A DNA stretch of 64,000 nt from Antedon mediterranea (lineage: Eukaryota; Animalia; Echinodermata). Both the position numbers and the translations under genes were made by a program. This document shows, in pieces, positions 9,916 through 20,000 of this stretch. Positions within the stretch are counted from its first letter, which is position 1. Each line of letters starts with the position of its first letter. Under the pieces are notes generated by a model that was given only the letters and a program-made list of their open reading frames with translations, had not been told where the DNA came from and ran no database searches. Location: contig NC_092671.1 in NCBI RefSeq assembly GCF_964355755.1, positions 18,662,001 to 18,726,000 on the forward strand, read 5' to 3'.

Positions 9916-12249
9916 TCAAATATGATTTACCAATCTGTCCCGTGGACAGTTAGGTGACATGAGAGCAGTTTCCAGCCTAGTCCAAAATAAGGCCTGCCTT
10001 TCTGGATGTTTATGATGCCATCGTATATATGTTTTCTCCTTAAGAGTTTTGTGTAAAAGAGTTGGCATGTCTTTTACTGACACCTTTTCAAGAAGCAGTA
10101 CAATCAAGATATTCTCATGATTGTCAAACATCCGCATACGTGCCATCTCAAGCTCAAAATTACACCATTCACTCTCTGCAAAGCTTTTCGAAACTACCAA
10201 TACTACTTTTTGGCTGTTTTTTATAGCGTTTACAATATTGTTTGCAATACTATCTCCTCCAAGAAAATCTCGGTAATCAACGCATATTTTAAAATTACGT
10301 TGGGTCTCTAATGCAGGATGTAACACATTGAGAACCCAATTTTGATCTTTGCTGTTGTAAGCTATAAACGCATCATAGGGTTTATCTGCATTAGGTGGTC
10401 CTTCAATTGCAAATTGTTCGTATTGTTTATGAAGACGTCGTTGTTGAATCCAGAGCTGTACATCAGATCTCATGTAAAATAACAGACAAACTCCGATTGC
10501 CAAAAAGGTAGCCACGGCTAAACAAGTAAGTACTATTACCACAACTTTTTTACACGCTAACTTTCCAATATCTATTGTTTCAAGAGACTGAAGATGGGTT
10601 GAACTTACGTTAAGGCATTCCATATCAATGTGTGCTTTAGTTTCCTCCATCCAATGCTTAAGCCACACTATATTGCAAGTACACTTAAAAGTATTGTTTT
10701 TTAGATTTAGATAAGATACCTTTTCAAGTTTTGCTAATCCGGTGTTTCTTGAAACAGTAGAAAGACGATTATTACTAAAATCGATATAACGTAGTTTTTT
10801 GTGTGAATTTGAAAATACATTTTTTTGTATTTTTTCGATTCCGTTAGAGGATAAATTTAGAAGAATAAGCGACGAAAGATCTTTGAAAGTTGTTTTAAAT
10901 ACTTCCGTTAAATTGTTTGAGGACATAAGAATTTTGTTTAGCTTGTTATTGTTTATAAAGATGTCTTTCTCAATTGTAGATATTCCGCAATGTGATACAT
11001 CTAACTTTTCCAGAGATGACAGATCGGCAAACCATGTTTTACACATCTTATGAAGTTTGCTGTTTGCACGTAGAGAAAAAAAACTCAGCTTTCTTAAACC
11101 ATGAAATGCATCGTCTGAAATGTTTTCACCAACCAATTCGTTATTAGCCAAGTCTAATTTTTCCAACAACTGAAGCTCTTTAAATGTGTTTTCATGTAAT
11201 GAATGTATATCATTACTGATTAGGTATAGTTCACGTAGATTCATGTACTTGGAAAATGTGTAAACCTCGAGTGATTTTATACCACAGTATGAAATATTCA
11301 ATATGTCTAAGTTCTCCAAACCTTGAAACCAGTAATTTTGCAGTCTACCTAAGTACGTGTTGTGAGATAAATCGAGAAATTTTAGTTTTCTTAAACCAAG
11401 AAATGAATCAACTTCGATCGTTTGAATCCCACAATATGACACATCCAATATTTCTAGGGATAAAAGATCGGCAAACCATTTTTCACGTATCTTTATAAGT
11501 TTAGGGTTTCCACGTAGAGAAAAAACTTTCAGACTTTTTAAACCTCGAAATGCCTCATCGGAAATGTCTTCACCAACTAATTGATTATAAGAAAATTGAA
11601 GTTTTTCTAAAAGAATAACGGTGCTAAATGTGTTCGCGTGTAAAACATGTATTGGATTAAGTGCCAGATCAATTGATTTCAACTGTTTTAGATACTTAAA
11701 AGTGTTCTCTCCAAGACTGTAAATTTTACAAGACGATATATCTAATATTTCCAGAGACACAAGATCCTTAAACCAGTAATAGTTTAACTCAATCAGATCG
11801 TTATTGGATAGATCCAACTTCTTTAGTTTCGACAAACCTCGAAACGCATCCATTTCAATGTATCCAGATGTTAGAAAGTTACTAGACATTTTCAAAATGT
11901 ATAGATCTTGCCTTGTTATAAAGGAATTGTTCCTTATAGATTTAATATCGTTCATATCTAAGTAATAAACATTAGCATCAGTTGGAACCTTACTTTGTGA
12001 TGGAATAGCTTGTAATTGTTTATTCTTGCAGTTCACGACATGGCTATACACGTTGTTGTTGTTGTTGTTGGTTGGGCAATATGTGCAATTACATTGCTCT
12101 GGGCATCGTAGTTCACTTACAGGCTGTGTTCTTGCATACGGCTTTTCCTTGTAACATGCCGGCACTTGATATTCACAAGAAGACTCAAGAAGAACAGAAC
12201 TCAAGAACTCAAGAATATACAGACACAATATCTTAAGATTCATCTTCAT
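9916..12249 (-). CDS. Toll-like receptor (LRR-NT, LRR array, LRR-CT, TM, TIR), coding region in a single exon
   Basis: First ATG at 12249 (the ORF track starts at a GTG, 12255). Signal peptide; CPEQCNC LRR-NT; many LxxLxLxxN/C repeats; NTFKCTCNIVWL LRR-CT; TM; TIR box1 YDAFIAY, box2 CVDYRDFLGG, SEWCNFEL, box3 FWTRL. A probable 5'-UTR intron lies at 12263-12416 (CAG|GTAAG..TTGCAG). Confidence 0.95.
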   Translation of the reverse strand: MKMNLKILCLYILEFLSSVLLESSCEYQVPACYKEKPYARTQPVSELRCPEQCNCTYCPTNNNNNNVYSHVVNCKNKQLQAIPSQSKVPTDANVYYLDMNDIKSIRNNSFITRQDLYILKMSSNFLTSGYIEMDAFRGLSKLKKLDLSNNDLIELNYYWFKDLVSLEILDISSCKIYSLGENTFKYLKQLKSIDLALNPIHVLHANTFSTVILLEKLQFSYNQLVGEDISDEAFRGLKSLKVFSLRGNPKLIKIREKWFADLLSLEILDVSYCGIQTIEVDSFLGLRKLKFLDLSHNTYLGRLQNYWFQGLENLDILNISYCGIKSLEVYTFSKYMNLRELYLISNDIHSLHENTFKELQLLEKLDLANNELVGENISDDAFHGLRKLSFFSLRANSKLHKMCKTWFADLSSLEKLDVSHCGISTIEKDIFINNNKLNKILMSSNNLTEVFKTTFKDLSSLILLNLSSNGIEKIQKNVFSNSHKKLRYIDFSNNRLSTVSRNTGLAKLEKVSYLNLKNNTFKCTCNIVWLKHWMEETKAHIDMECLNVSSTHLQSLETIDIGKLACKKVVVIVLTCLAVATFLAIGVCLLFYMRSDVQLWIQQRRLHKQYEQFAIEGPPNADKPYDAFIAYNSKDQNWVLNVLHPALETQRNFKICVDYRDFLGGDSIANNIVNAIKNSQKVVLVVSKSFAESEWCNFELEMARMRMFDNHENILIVLLLEKVSVKDMPTLLHKTLKEKTYIRWHHKHPERQALFWTRLETALMSPNCPRDRLVNHI

Positions 12250-13280
12250 GAGCACGTTCAGACTGCAAATAATGCAACAATATTCTAATAATCATTTGCA
12301 ATTTGGAAGGTTTTTTTTGTTCTGTTCTGTTATAAATCAGCTAATGCTTTTATGTATATAGGCATACTAAAATGATTTAGAACAAACAACAACAAATTAT
12401 TTAGTAATAGGCTTACCTGTTGATTTTGTTATTCCTTGCAGTCCTAAAGTTTCAGAAGACGTGTATAGTTCATTCATGATAAGAATTAAAGACAAAACAG
12501 GGCCTTATGCAAAACCTTAGTGTTATTCAATTTATTGTCACGAGGTAGCATATTATTTTAAATACAATACTTCAGGGTAAAATCCGTTAATGACGTAATC
12601 TACTATTTCTATCAATAGAAAAACAAATACATAATCGTTTAATGCACTATATACCTTACTTGAATACTATACAACAAATATATATTATATATATTTATAT
12701 CGTTAGATATCTTGATAAGATTACAATTAGATAAAATTCTATAAATACAGTAAAGCATTATCCTCTGGCATTAGAAGGGCATAGAGCGACCCAATGTGTG
12801 TTTCCGGTCGCCAAACTATCACGGTAAAGCCGGTACTCGAGGAAGATATACGCTATGGTTTGGAAACTATTATTATGCCGTGACATGTTTGTATCATTTG
12901 TGTTACTAACCCTTATCTATATTATAAGAGAGAGTGTGTGCGTTAATTCGTTGTACACATAGGATATCAAAATGACTGGAAATGTACTGAGAAGGTTTAA
13001 ATGACATTTGAACCGCGCTAGGGCATGGGAGGTGGTAGTAATGGGGTATCAAAAGGAATTTGTACTGGTAAGGTTTTAAACTACAAACCCGTCCTGGAGT
13101 TGGGGCGGGAGTTACACGCTTTGGAATCATTTACAATTTATAAGAAAGGTAAAAGAAATTTATAAATTAGGAATATGTATAAATCCTAAGGCAAATTACT
13201 GGAGTGGCTGGATCTCAATGGAGATACAAAAAAAAAGCGAAAAGCTAAATCAAAACGAAAGTAAACAGCCAGAAAAGTTG

Positions 13281-13317
13281 GCAGAGCTTTCGGGCAACAC
13301 TAGCCCTTCATCAGTGC
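13281..13317 (-). ncRNA. Minimal type-I hammerhead ribozyme motif (Penelope-like-element type)
   Basis: The minus strand reads GCA-CTGATGA-A-GGGC-TAGTGTT-GCCC-GAAA-GC-TC-TGC: core boxes CUGAUGA and GAAA, 4-bp stem II, palindromic AGCU in place of stem III, 3-bp stem I. Predicted cleavage 3' of the C at 13284. Confidence 0.75.
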
Positions 13318-13479
13318 AAGTGAAGGAATTTGGATAACGTCATAGTATAAAGCTGGCAAGGGCTTATATATGTATCATTTAAAAATGTATCTGCTGTAGC
13401 TAACTTCTTTGGTAATGCCTATATTATATATCAAACACGGAGGATGGCACTTGGTACTTGGTTTGTTTCCTCCTGAATC

Positions 13480-13790
13480 TTCCAGGAGGGAAATTAACTA
13501 GGAGGTCTCAGTGAAGTGGTGGTACTGTTTAATTGGTTTTGACAAGGTGCTTGCTAAAATCTTTGTTTGCATGTTTAGTTACGTTAACAATAGACTGCGA
13601 TAGGGTATTCCATGTTCTAATAGATAATAGGGAGGGAAAAAAGATTGCTGGTAGACTGCGGATGAAGTTTGTGGAACTATTAACTGTTTGCTGTGTCTTC
13701 TTCTGGCCCTTTGACTTTTTAGTTTCAGGATCTCTGTACTGTCTTTGCATATAGTAATATCTTGGTTGATAATTTTAAAAGGCCAACTTA
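13480..13790 (-). mobile_element. Degenerate 3' end of a CR1/L2-group LINE ORF2
   Basis: Two frames join to RARRRHSKQLIVPQTSSAVYQQSFFP..IRTWNTL, the SFFPR..WNxL motif typical of LINE ORF2 C-termini; frameshifted. Confidence 0.55.
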
Positions 13791-14087
13791 TTAGCACAAC
13801 CTATGTACTACCTTAAAGGTAAAGGAACACTAGTATTACTATATTTGAAAACCCCGTCTGAAAGTAATATAAGGCCTACTATTTATATCTTTAAAAACAG
13901 GTCTAAACCGCTATCATTTAGAAATTATTTATTTTCTATCCTGCTAATTTATTGTTGTTAGCAATCTCGACTCGTGATGTTTCAAGCATTACGGATATTG
14001 ATTATCGTTATTACTTCCTTCACAGAACAGTGTTGTTATTTTAGTTAGTTCAGTTTACTTACAGTTATAGACCTAATTTATAACAAT

Positions 14088-15536
14088 ATGATACGAATAC
14101 AATTGTTCTTTCTACTTTTTAGTATTGTAAAACACGCCAAATTTGCAACGATTGCCAATGGACCAATGAACACTACTGAAATTAAAGGAGAGACAGTGGA
14201 GCTAAAATGTGATGCAGACTATGTATTCCGAAGCTCAAATGTCGTTTGGTTTCACAATAGCAGTGGTACAAAAATCAGCAAAAACTACGATGTGTTGTTT
14301 AATGAATCTACTAAATCGGAAAGATATTCAATCCAAAACAGTGGTGGGTATGCTAATAAAGTATATAACCTTCAAATAACGAACTTTTCATCAGAAGACG
14401 CAGGTTTGTACTCATGTTCTATAGTAAAGCAGAATGATGAGCAGATTGTTGATTCAACTTGGGCAGTGTTATCTATAAATCCTCCTGGCCACATGACACC
14501 ACCAACATCTTCCCTTACCTGCAGTATTGATACAATGGATGCAGAAATTGGTGATGAAATCATGATTACCTGTCAATGCGAAGGCGGTGACCCTCCACCT
14601 TTACTGAGCTTATTGATAGACGGAGAAGAAGAAACAGAATCAATTTATACACAAAACCAAGTTCATACCTTAACCAGAAGTATAAGCTTAACAGAAAATC
14701 ATATCGATGTGTTATTTAAGTGTAAGATGGTAAGCGCAGCACTTATCAGTCCAGGTTATTGTTCCATCAAGCCATTGCCAGTTGTTTCAATTGTTCCATT
14801 TCAACCATCTGTCAGAGAGAACGAAACCCTGGAATTAAGTTGCCAAACTACCAGTGATGTATTCAATCAAGAATTTGAATGGTTAATTGATAGGTTGTCT
14901 TGCAGAACTGTATCGCTTGATAACTCAAAAGTTTCAAACATCCTCATCATTTATAATGTACCAATGTCATTCAATGACTGCAGTGTAACTTGTGTAGTGA
15001 AATTAATTGGACGTGCTACTGTCACGATTAGAGTCATGTCTAGAATCGTGAAAACGACCGAGATGCCTGTTACACTTTCCACGATGTCCACTGATGAAAT
15101 GTATGGAAAAACTATTCCAATAGCCATTGAGTCTGTAATTGTTATTGCAAGTTGTTTAACTGTGTTTATACTTATAATGACAATTGTGTGTGTTCTCAGA
15201 CGAAAGATTAACAATAAAAAATTGTCCAACCAACAAAATGTTAATGTTCAATCAAAAAATGAGGATTTATATGTAGATACAACAAACGAAAATATTCCCA
15301 ATAATCTAGAAAACACTTCGCCAGTTTCTCCAGAGTCAACTAATTCAGAGGACCAATCACTTTGCAGCGGTATCGTATACGAAAACGTACAGTTAGACAA
15401 TGGCGATTCTGAAAATGCAGCTGCTGAATGTGCCCCTCTACGTAGATTAAACTATGTTGAATTGGATTTAAGGTCTTCTTCAGTAGTTCATAATAATACG
15501 CAACCTACGTTGTACTCGGATATTGTTTTATCTTAG
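14088..15536 (+). CDS. Single-exon Ig-superfamily receptor 4 (V + 2 Ig, TM, ITIM/ITSM tail), head-to-head with the TLR
   Basis: 482-aa ORF: signal peptide; LKC..VVW..YNLQI..EDAGLYSC; C2-type CEGGDPPP domain; third Ig domain; TM; tail with IVYENV, LNYVELDL and TLYSDI. Confidence 0.9.
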   Translation: MIRIQLFFLLFSIVKHAKFATIANGPMNTTEIKGETVELKCDADYVFRSSNVVWFHNSSGTKISKNYDVLFNESTKSERYSIQNSGGYANKVYNLQITNFSSEDAGLYSCSIVKQNDEQIVDSTWAVLSINPPGHMTPPTSSLTCSIDTMDAEIGDEIMITCQCEGGDPPPLLSLLIDGEEETESIYTQNQVHTLTRSISLTENHIDVLFKCKMVSAALISPGYCSIKPLPVVSIVPFQPSVRENETLELSCQTTSDVFNQEFEWLIDRLSCRTVSLDNSKVSNILIIYNVPMSFNDCSVTCVVKLIGRATVTIRVMSRIVKTTEMPVTLSTMSTDEMYGKTIPIAIESVIVIASCLTVFILIMTIVCVLRRKINNKKLSNQQNVNVQSKNEDLYVDTTNENIPNNLENTSPVSPESTNSEDQSLCSGIVYENVQLDNGDSENAAAECAPLRRLNYVELDLRSSSVVHNNTQPTLYSDIVLS

Positions 15537-16873
15537 TTACTTATTTTTCTATAAGGCCTACCTGGTCTGTAAGGTTATGCTTAAAACGTCTGATTCTGTA
15601 ACGTCTCGGATATGTTCCCTAACAGTCTTTAACATTTCAAATAGATCAACATACAGTTTTTATTCTTTGAAGACGACTATATTATTGTTTCGTCGTGAGG
15701 TGGTTTCCCGATTAATCGTACGATCAAAACGGTACTGGGTATGATCAACTAGCGTTCGTGTTCCCACCTAATCATCCATTCATAGAAGTACTGATGAAGA
15801 TATCAATCTGTGGCGACAATAGAATGGACCCGAGACTTGGCTATCTTCGACTTTTAAATAAAGAAATTCCCATTTACTGTAGTTATATTCAATATTTATT
15901 ATATCGATAGAAAAATAAATGTACTGACAAATACTTGTACTAACATTCTAAACGTAAGTAAACTTTCACCGTAAATATGACAAGACATTTTTTAGAAACC
16001 TTTAATTTTAAAACATTGAAGGCCTGATTATAAGTAAATCAATGTTACATTATAGTATGATTGTGTATAATCAGCTATAACTATGTTATATTTGTATTCT
16101 GATTAATTATGTAACTTCTTTATAATCAGTTTTGACATGTGTGAAACAATGTTATATTTGTATTCTGATTTATGTGACCGTCTCTGAATACGTGTGAAAC
16201 GATGTTTTATTTTGACTTTTGTAACGTCTTTATAATCGCAAAGGAAGCCTATCGTATCAATAAATTGACTCAACACTTTGATGATAATATAAACCTTTTT
16301 ACTATTACTACTATTCAGGTTACTATAATTATATATTTTTATAATTGATATGATAATGTCATCATTTTCTTAATAAGTTTAAGTATAATCATAACATTAT
16401 GAATAAATCTGTATTAATTCAATATTTTGAATACAATATATTAATTACCTCAATAAGTTGCCCTTTTTTAGATTGTACAGTTTTTATTGCTTTTTTTTTT
16501 TGTATTTTTTGCTCCTGGACATCAAGTTTATACGCCCTTTATACATCTTGTTAACACCCTTTTTCATTATCTCTATTATTCCATATTGTAATTAAATATG
16601 TTGATGAGTACATTTGAATTGAATTAAATTGGTTTTTAAAATGCTCAAGTCTGTAGGCCACCTGATCATCAAAACAAACTTATCACCTCAACTATTTTAC
16701 CAAAAACCCAAACGTTTAAAATTTATTTTCTAATAATTAGTAAATGGTGCCACGATTAAGCACGTATGCTGAACAATCTGTTTGTTGTAAAAATAACTAA
16801 AGTGCGGCTATTTGTTTTGTTATAATTTATAAATATTTGGTTCCCATAGTTTCTGTAAGTAAGTTTTAATGAG

Positions 16874-17033
16874 TTATTCCCACCCAATCGTTTCCCCTTC
16901 GTTTTGTTCTTTAAGCCATTCAAATAATGGTTCAAAATAACTTTTAATTGCAGATGTATCAATTCTTCTCTGTCCAGTAATTTCTTGCATAGCATCCTGC
17001 CATGGTCGACTTGCGCCCATACGTAACATAGCA
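16874..17033 (-). CDS. ACE: ACE exon 11 (terminal)
   Basis: [52 protein letters not shown]. Confidence 0.92.
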
Positions 17034-20000
17034 CTATAAATAGAACACATATTTTAAAGTTACAGACCACGTCTATACATACTATTCAAAGAAGAATGTG
17101 TAAGATTGAATGATTTCATTATACGATAGTCAATTTTTTGACGGATCACCAATCGGGTAGCCATCCAATACTTCCCAGAACTTGTGTGTGCAATCAAGAT
17201 AATTGGGAATGTGATTGTACTCTGGATGGTATGGAAATCATGTTATTTTATTTAACTTGGTTTAATAATGAGCTTAAACTTTGAAGGATACAGATGTGGT
17301 ATACAATAGTAGATAAAAAGCCATAATGTGAATATTTGTATTTCGTATTACAAAATATAATAAATATTAACATTTTGATGACCTGACCTTCGATATGACG
17401 TAATGTTTTATAAATATATACACATGATATAAAAGTTTAAAATTAAATTTAATTAATTAAAGTGCCTCATATATAGTTATTAATAATCCAAATTGTTTTC
17501 TTTTAACACAACCCGTTTTTCTTTTAAATAAGTTTTGATTTACCGCTATTTGCAATAACTTACCCTAGTTTATCTCCAGCCTCTTTTGATTGGTAAATAT
17601 TACATCGATGGATGGGTCCCTCGTGGTGTTTTGCTTTACACAAGGCTTCATGAAATTGAAATTGAATTAAGAAGCTCACAAAATATCTGAAACAAACATT
17701 GGTGGAAATAAGTTACTTTCGGGTTATTGTGTTTTATAAACGACTGAACAAAAATAGATTTGAGCCTATAAAATATCTAGAAAATCAAGTTTTGGACATG
17801 TTTTATAAAGAATTGGAAAATATTTACAGTTAAGAATAACAGGCTTTATTTACACTGGGGCTACTAAATAAGAAAATCGCAATCAATCTCTATGTCATCC
17901 CTCGACCAAATGATACTTTTTTTTGGTTTGTAAATGAAGGCCTACATATGTTTCATTTTCATCGAAATAAACGATAAACTGAATTGAATTGTGAACGTAC
18001 CTTATATATGGAGTTCCTGATGGTATATGGTATTTTGCGCCAGGGTCAAAATCAGCAGCTGTTCTTTCAACCGGTGCTTCAATTCCTTGATATTTTGTCC
18101 TTAAAATATTTTAATTCACAAAATATTTACACACTTCCATTGATAAATTAACAAATGACACAATATCAACTGATGTTAACAAAGTAATTACATTACACTA
18201 TTCACTGTAGAATGGGAATGACCCACTAAAATTGAATTGCAGCCCAATAAAAAGGATTTTAAAAGTTGTAATAATGTAACAATAACCTGTGATTACCCAT
18301 GTATTTCAAAACTTTTACGAAGTGGTAACACAATTAAGGCGCTATAACGAAGACAATACTAGATCATACTATTATTTATTTTTGTTAGTTTATCATTATG
18401 AAATTGCATATTATTTCACAGGCACTTGTCATAGGGATTTAGTTTTGTGTTTCATTACTTTGAAGTTGTTTGTTTGTTGTTGTTGATTGGCAATAAAGAA
18501 TAAGAATTATAGGCCTATGTCAGTTTTATTGTAGAAATAAATTGAAATTGAAACTCTTTGGATCATGTGCACATCCCCAACCAAAAAATTCGATAGAGGA
18601 CGCTGCATAAACTTTTTTAAAGCTTAGATACAGGTATGAATTTTAAATATAATATCTGGTTAAATGTACATAAATCAAATATTTGTATCAGAAATCAAGA
18701 CGAAAAAACATGAGTTTCCCTTAATTTGGTAAAATACAAAATTTGGCAAAAATCTGCCATAAAAATCAGGAAGAATTTTTTTCAGTAGTTAGGTAGTTTA
18801 ACCTAATGTAATAACATGTCTGGTGACTCCCTAGAAGGTGAAAAAAGATAGTGGATATACGTTGGATAATTTTTGCTATAGAATGAAAATAAAAATCTGA
18901 AGTTGAATAAAAATACCAGAAATGTAAAATTTAAGTTATATTACCTATATTCAGTCTTCTGATTAATTTTCATAGCTTTTTAAAATGCCTCTCTATTTAC
19001 AAAATTTGTGTACAAAAGAATAGAGATTTTACTGTGTAATTTTAACTTTCTGATAAAAAAAGTGCTTATTTTCAACAAGCTCGTGTAACACAAATAAAAT
19101 CCCAAAAATTATGAAACATAGGGGAAACTATAGATCGATAATTATTGGAATGTATGATCAATAGAAATGTTTTGCCCGCACCGGGTCTTGTATGAATGTG
19201 TTTGTTAAAAGGAAGGCTTCCGCGATTTGGAAATTCTATAAACATTACAGTAAACAAAAATAAGCATCACCCTATCAATTCTTATTGATGGTTATAGTAG
19301 AAAGCAATAGCATAACCTCGCCGGAAAATAAATGTAAAATATGTACTCATCTAAAGATGTAAGCCTACCTGAGCTCCCACCACTTGGAATTGTAATTTTC
19401 TGGAGTTGTTATGCCTCTGAAAACGTCCCATCGCCATTTATCAATCATAAAGCCAAATGGTAAAAACGCTACTTTGACAAGAGCTTGACGTAGAAGAAAG
19501 TCAATATCATGATCTGTAAAGGAAAAAAATATTTTCGTCGTACTTTCTATTTTTCCATTTATTTATTCGACAAGGAAGAGTAAAATTACACAGGCGGTTA
19601 AGTTGCGATACCCACTATCCACTATCCTGAAGTTTGTTCGTTAATTGTTATGCTTTATTTATCACCGAACATCAACGTTTCATTTCACTTTGTAATTGAC
19701 ACTTTGTAAATTGGATTCAATTATGACTATTTTCGTACGAACATACGGCGCTTAATTAGTAGAACACATAATGTGGATTTTAATTCAATCTGATTATATC
19801 AATCTGATTAGAAATACTAAGTAATTGGTTCGCTTTGGTTTTTACGTTGAAATGGACATAGATTAGGTAATTTATCATAGAGTTAAGTAAACCACGTCGC
19901 TGAAGAAACTGGTTTGTAGAACATGATATCCACTTAACTTATAATCTAAGTTTCTTTGACATATACTAATGACTGATCATGTTTTCGGATATTGGTATCT

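Noticed and set aside
1038-15229. Antisense ORFs inside the Ig receptor and TLR genes (e.g. 1349-1798, 4038-4325, 10799-11053, 14951-15229)
   Set aside because: Shadow frames of real coding sequence with no recognisable motifs; their recurrence in paralogues follows from the gene duplication.
16756-17070. 104-aa ORF from the track
   Set aside because: Wrong frame; it overlaps ACE exon 11, whose true frame gives [16 protein letters not shown].
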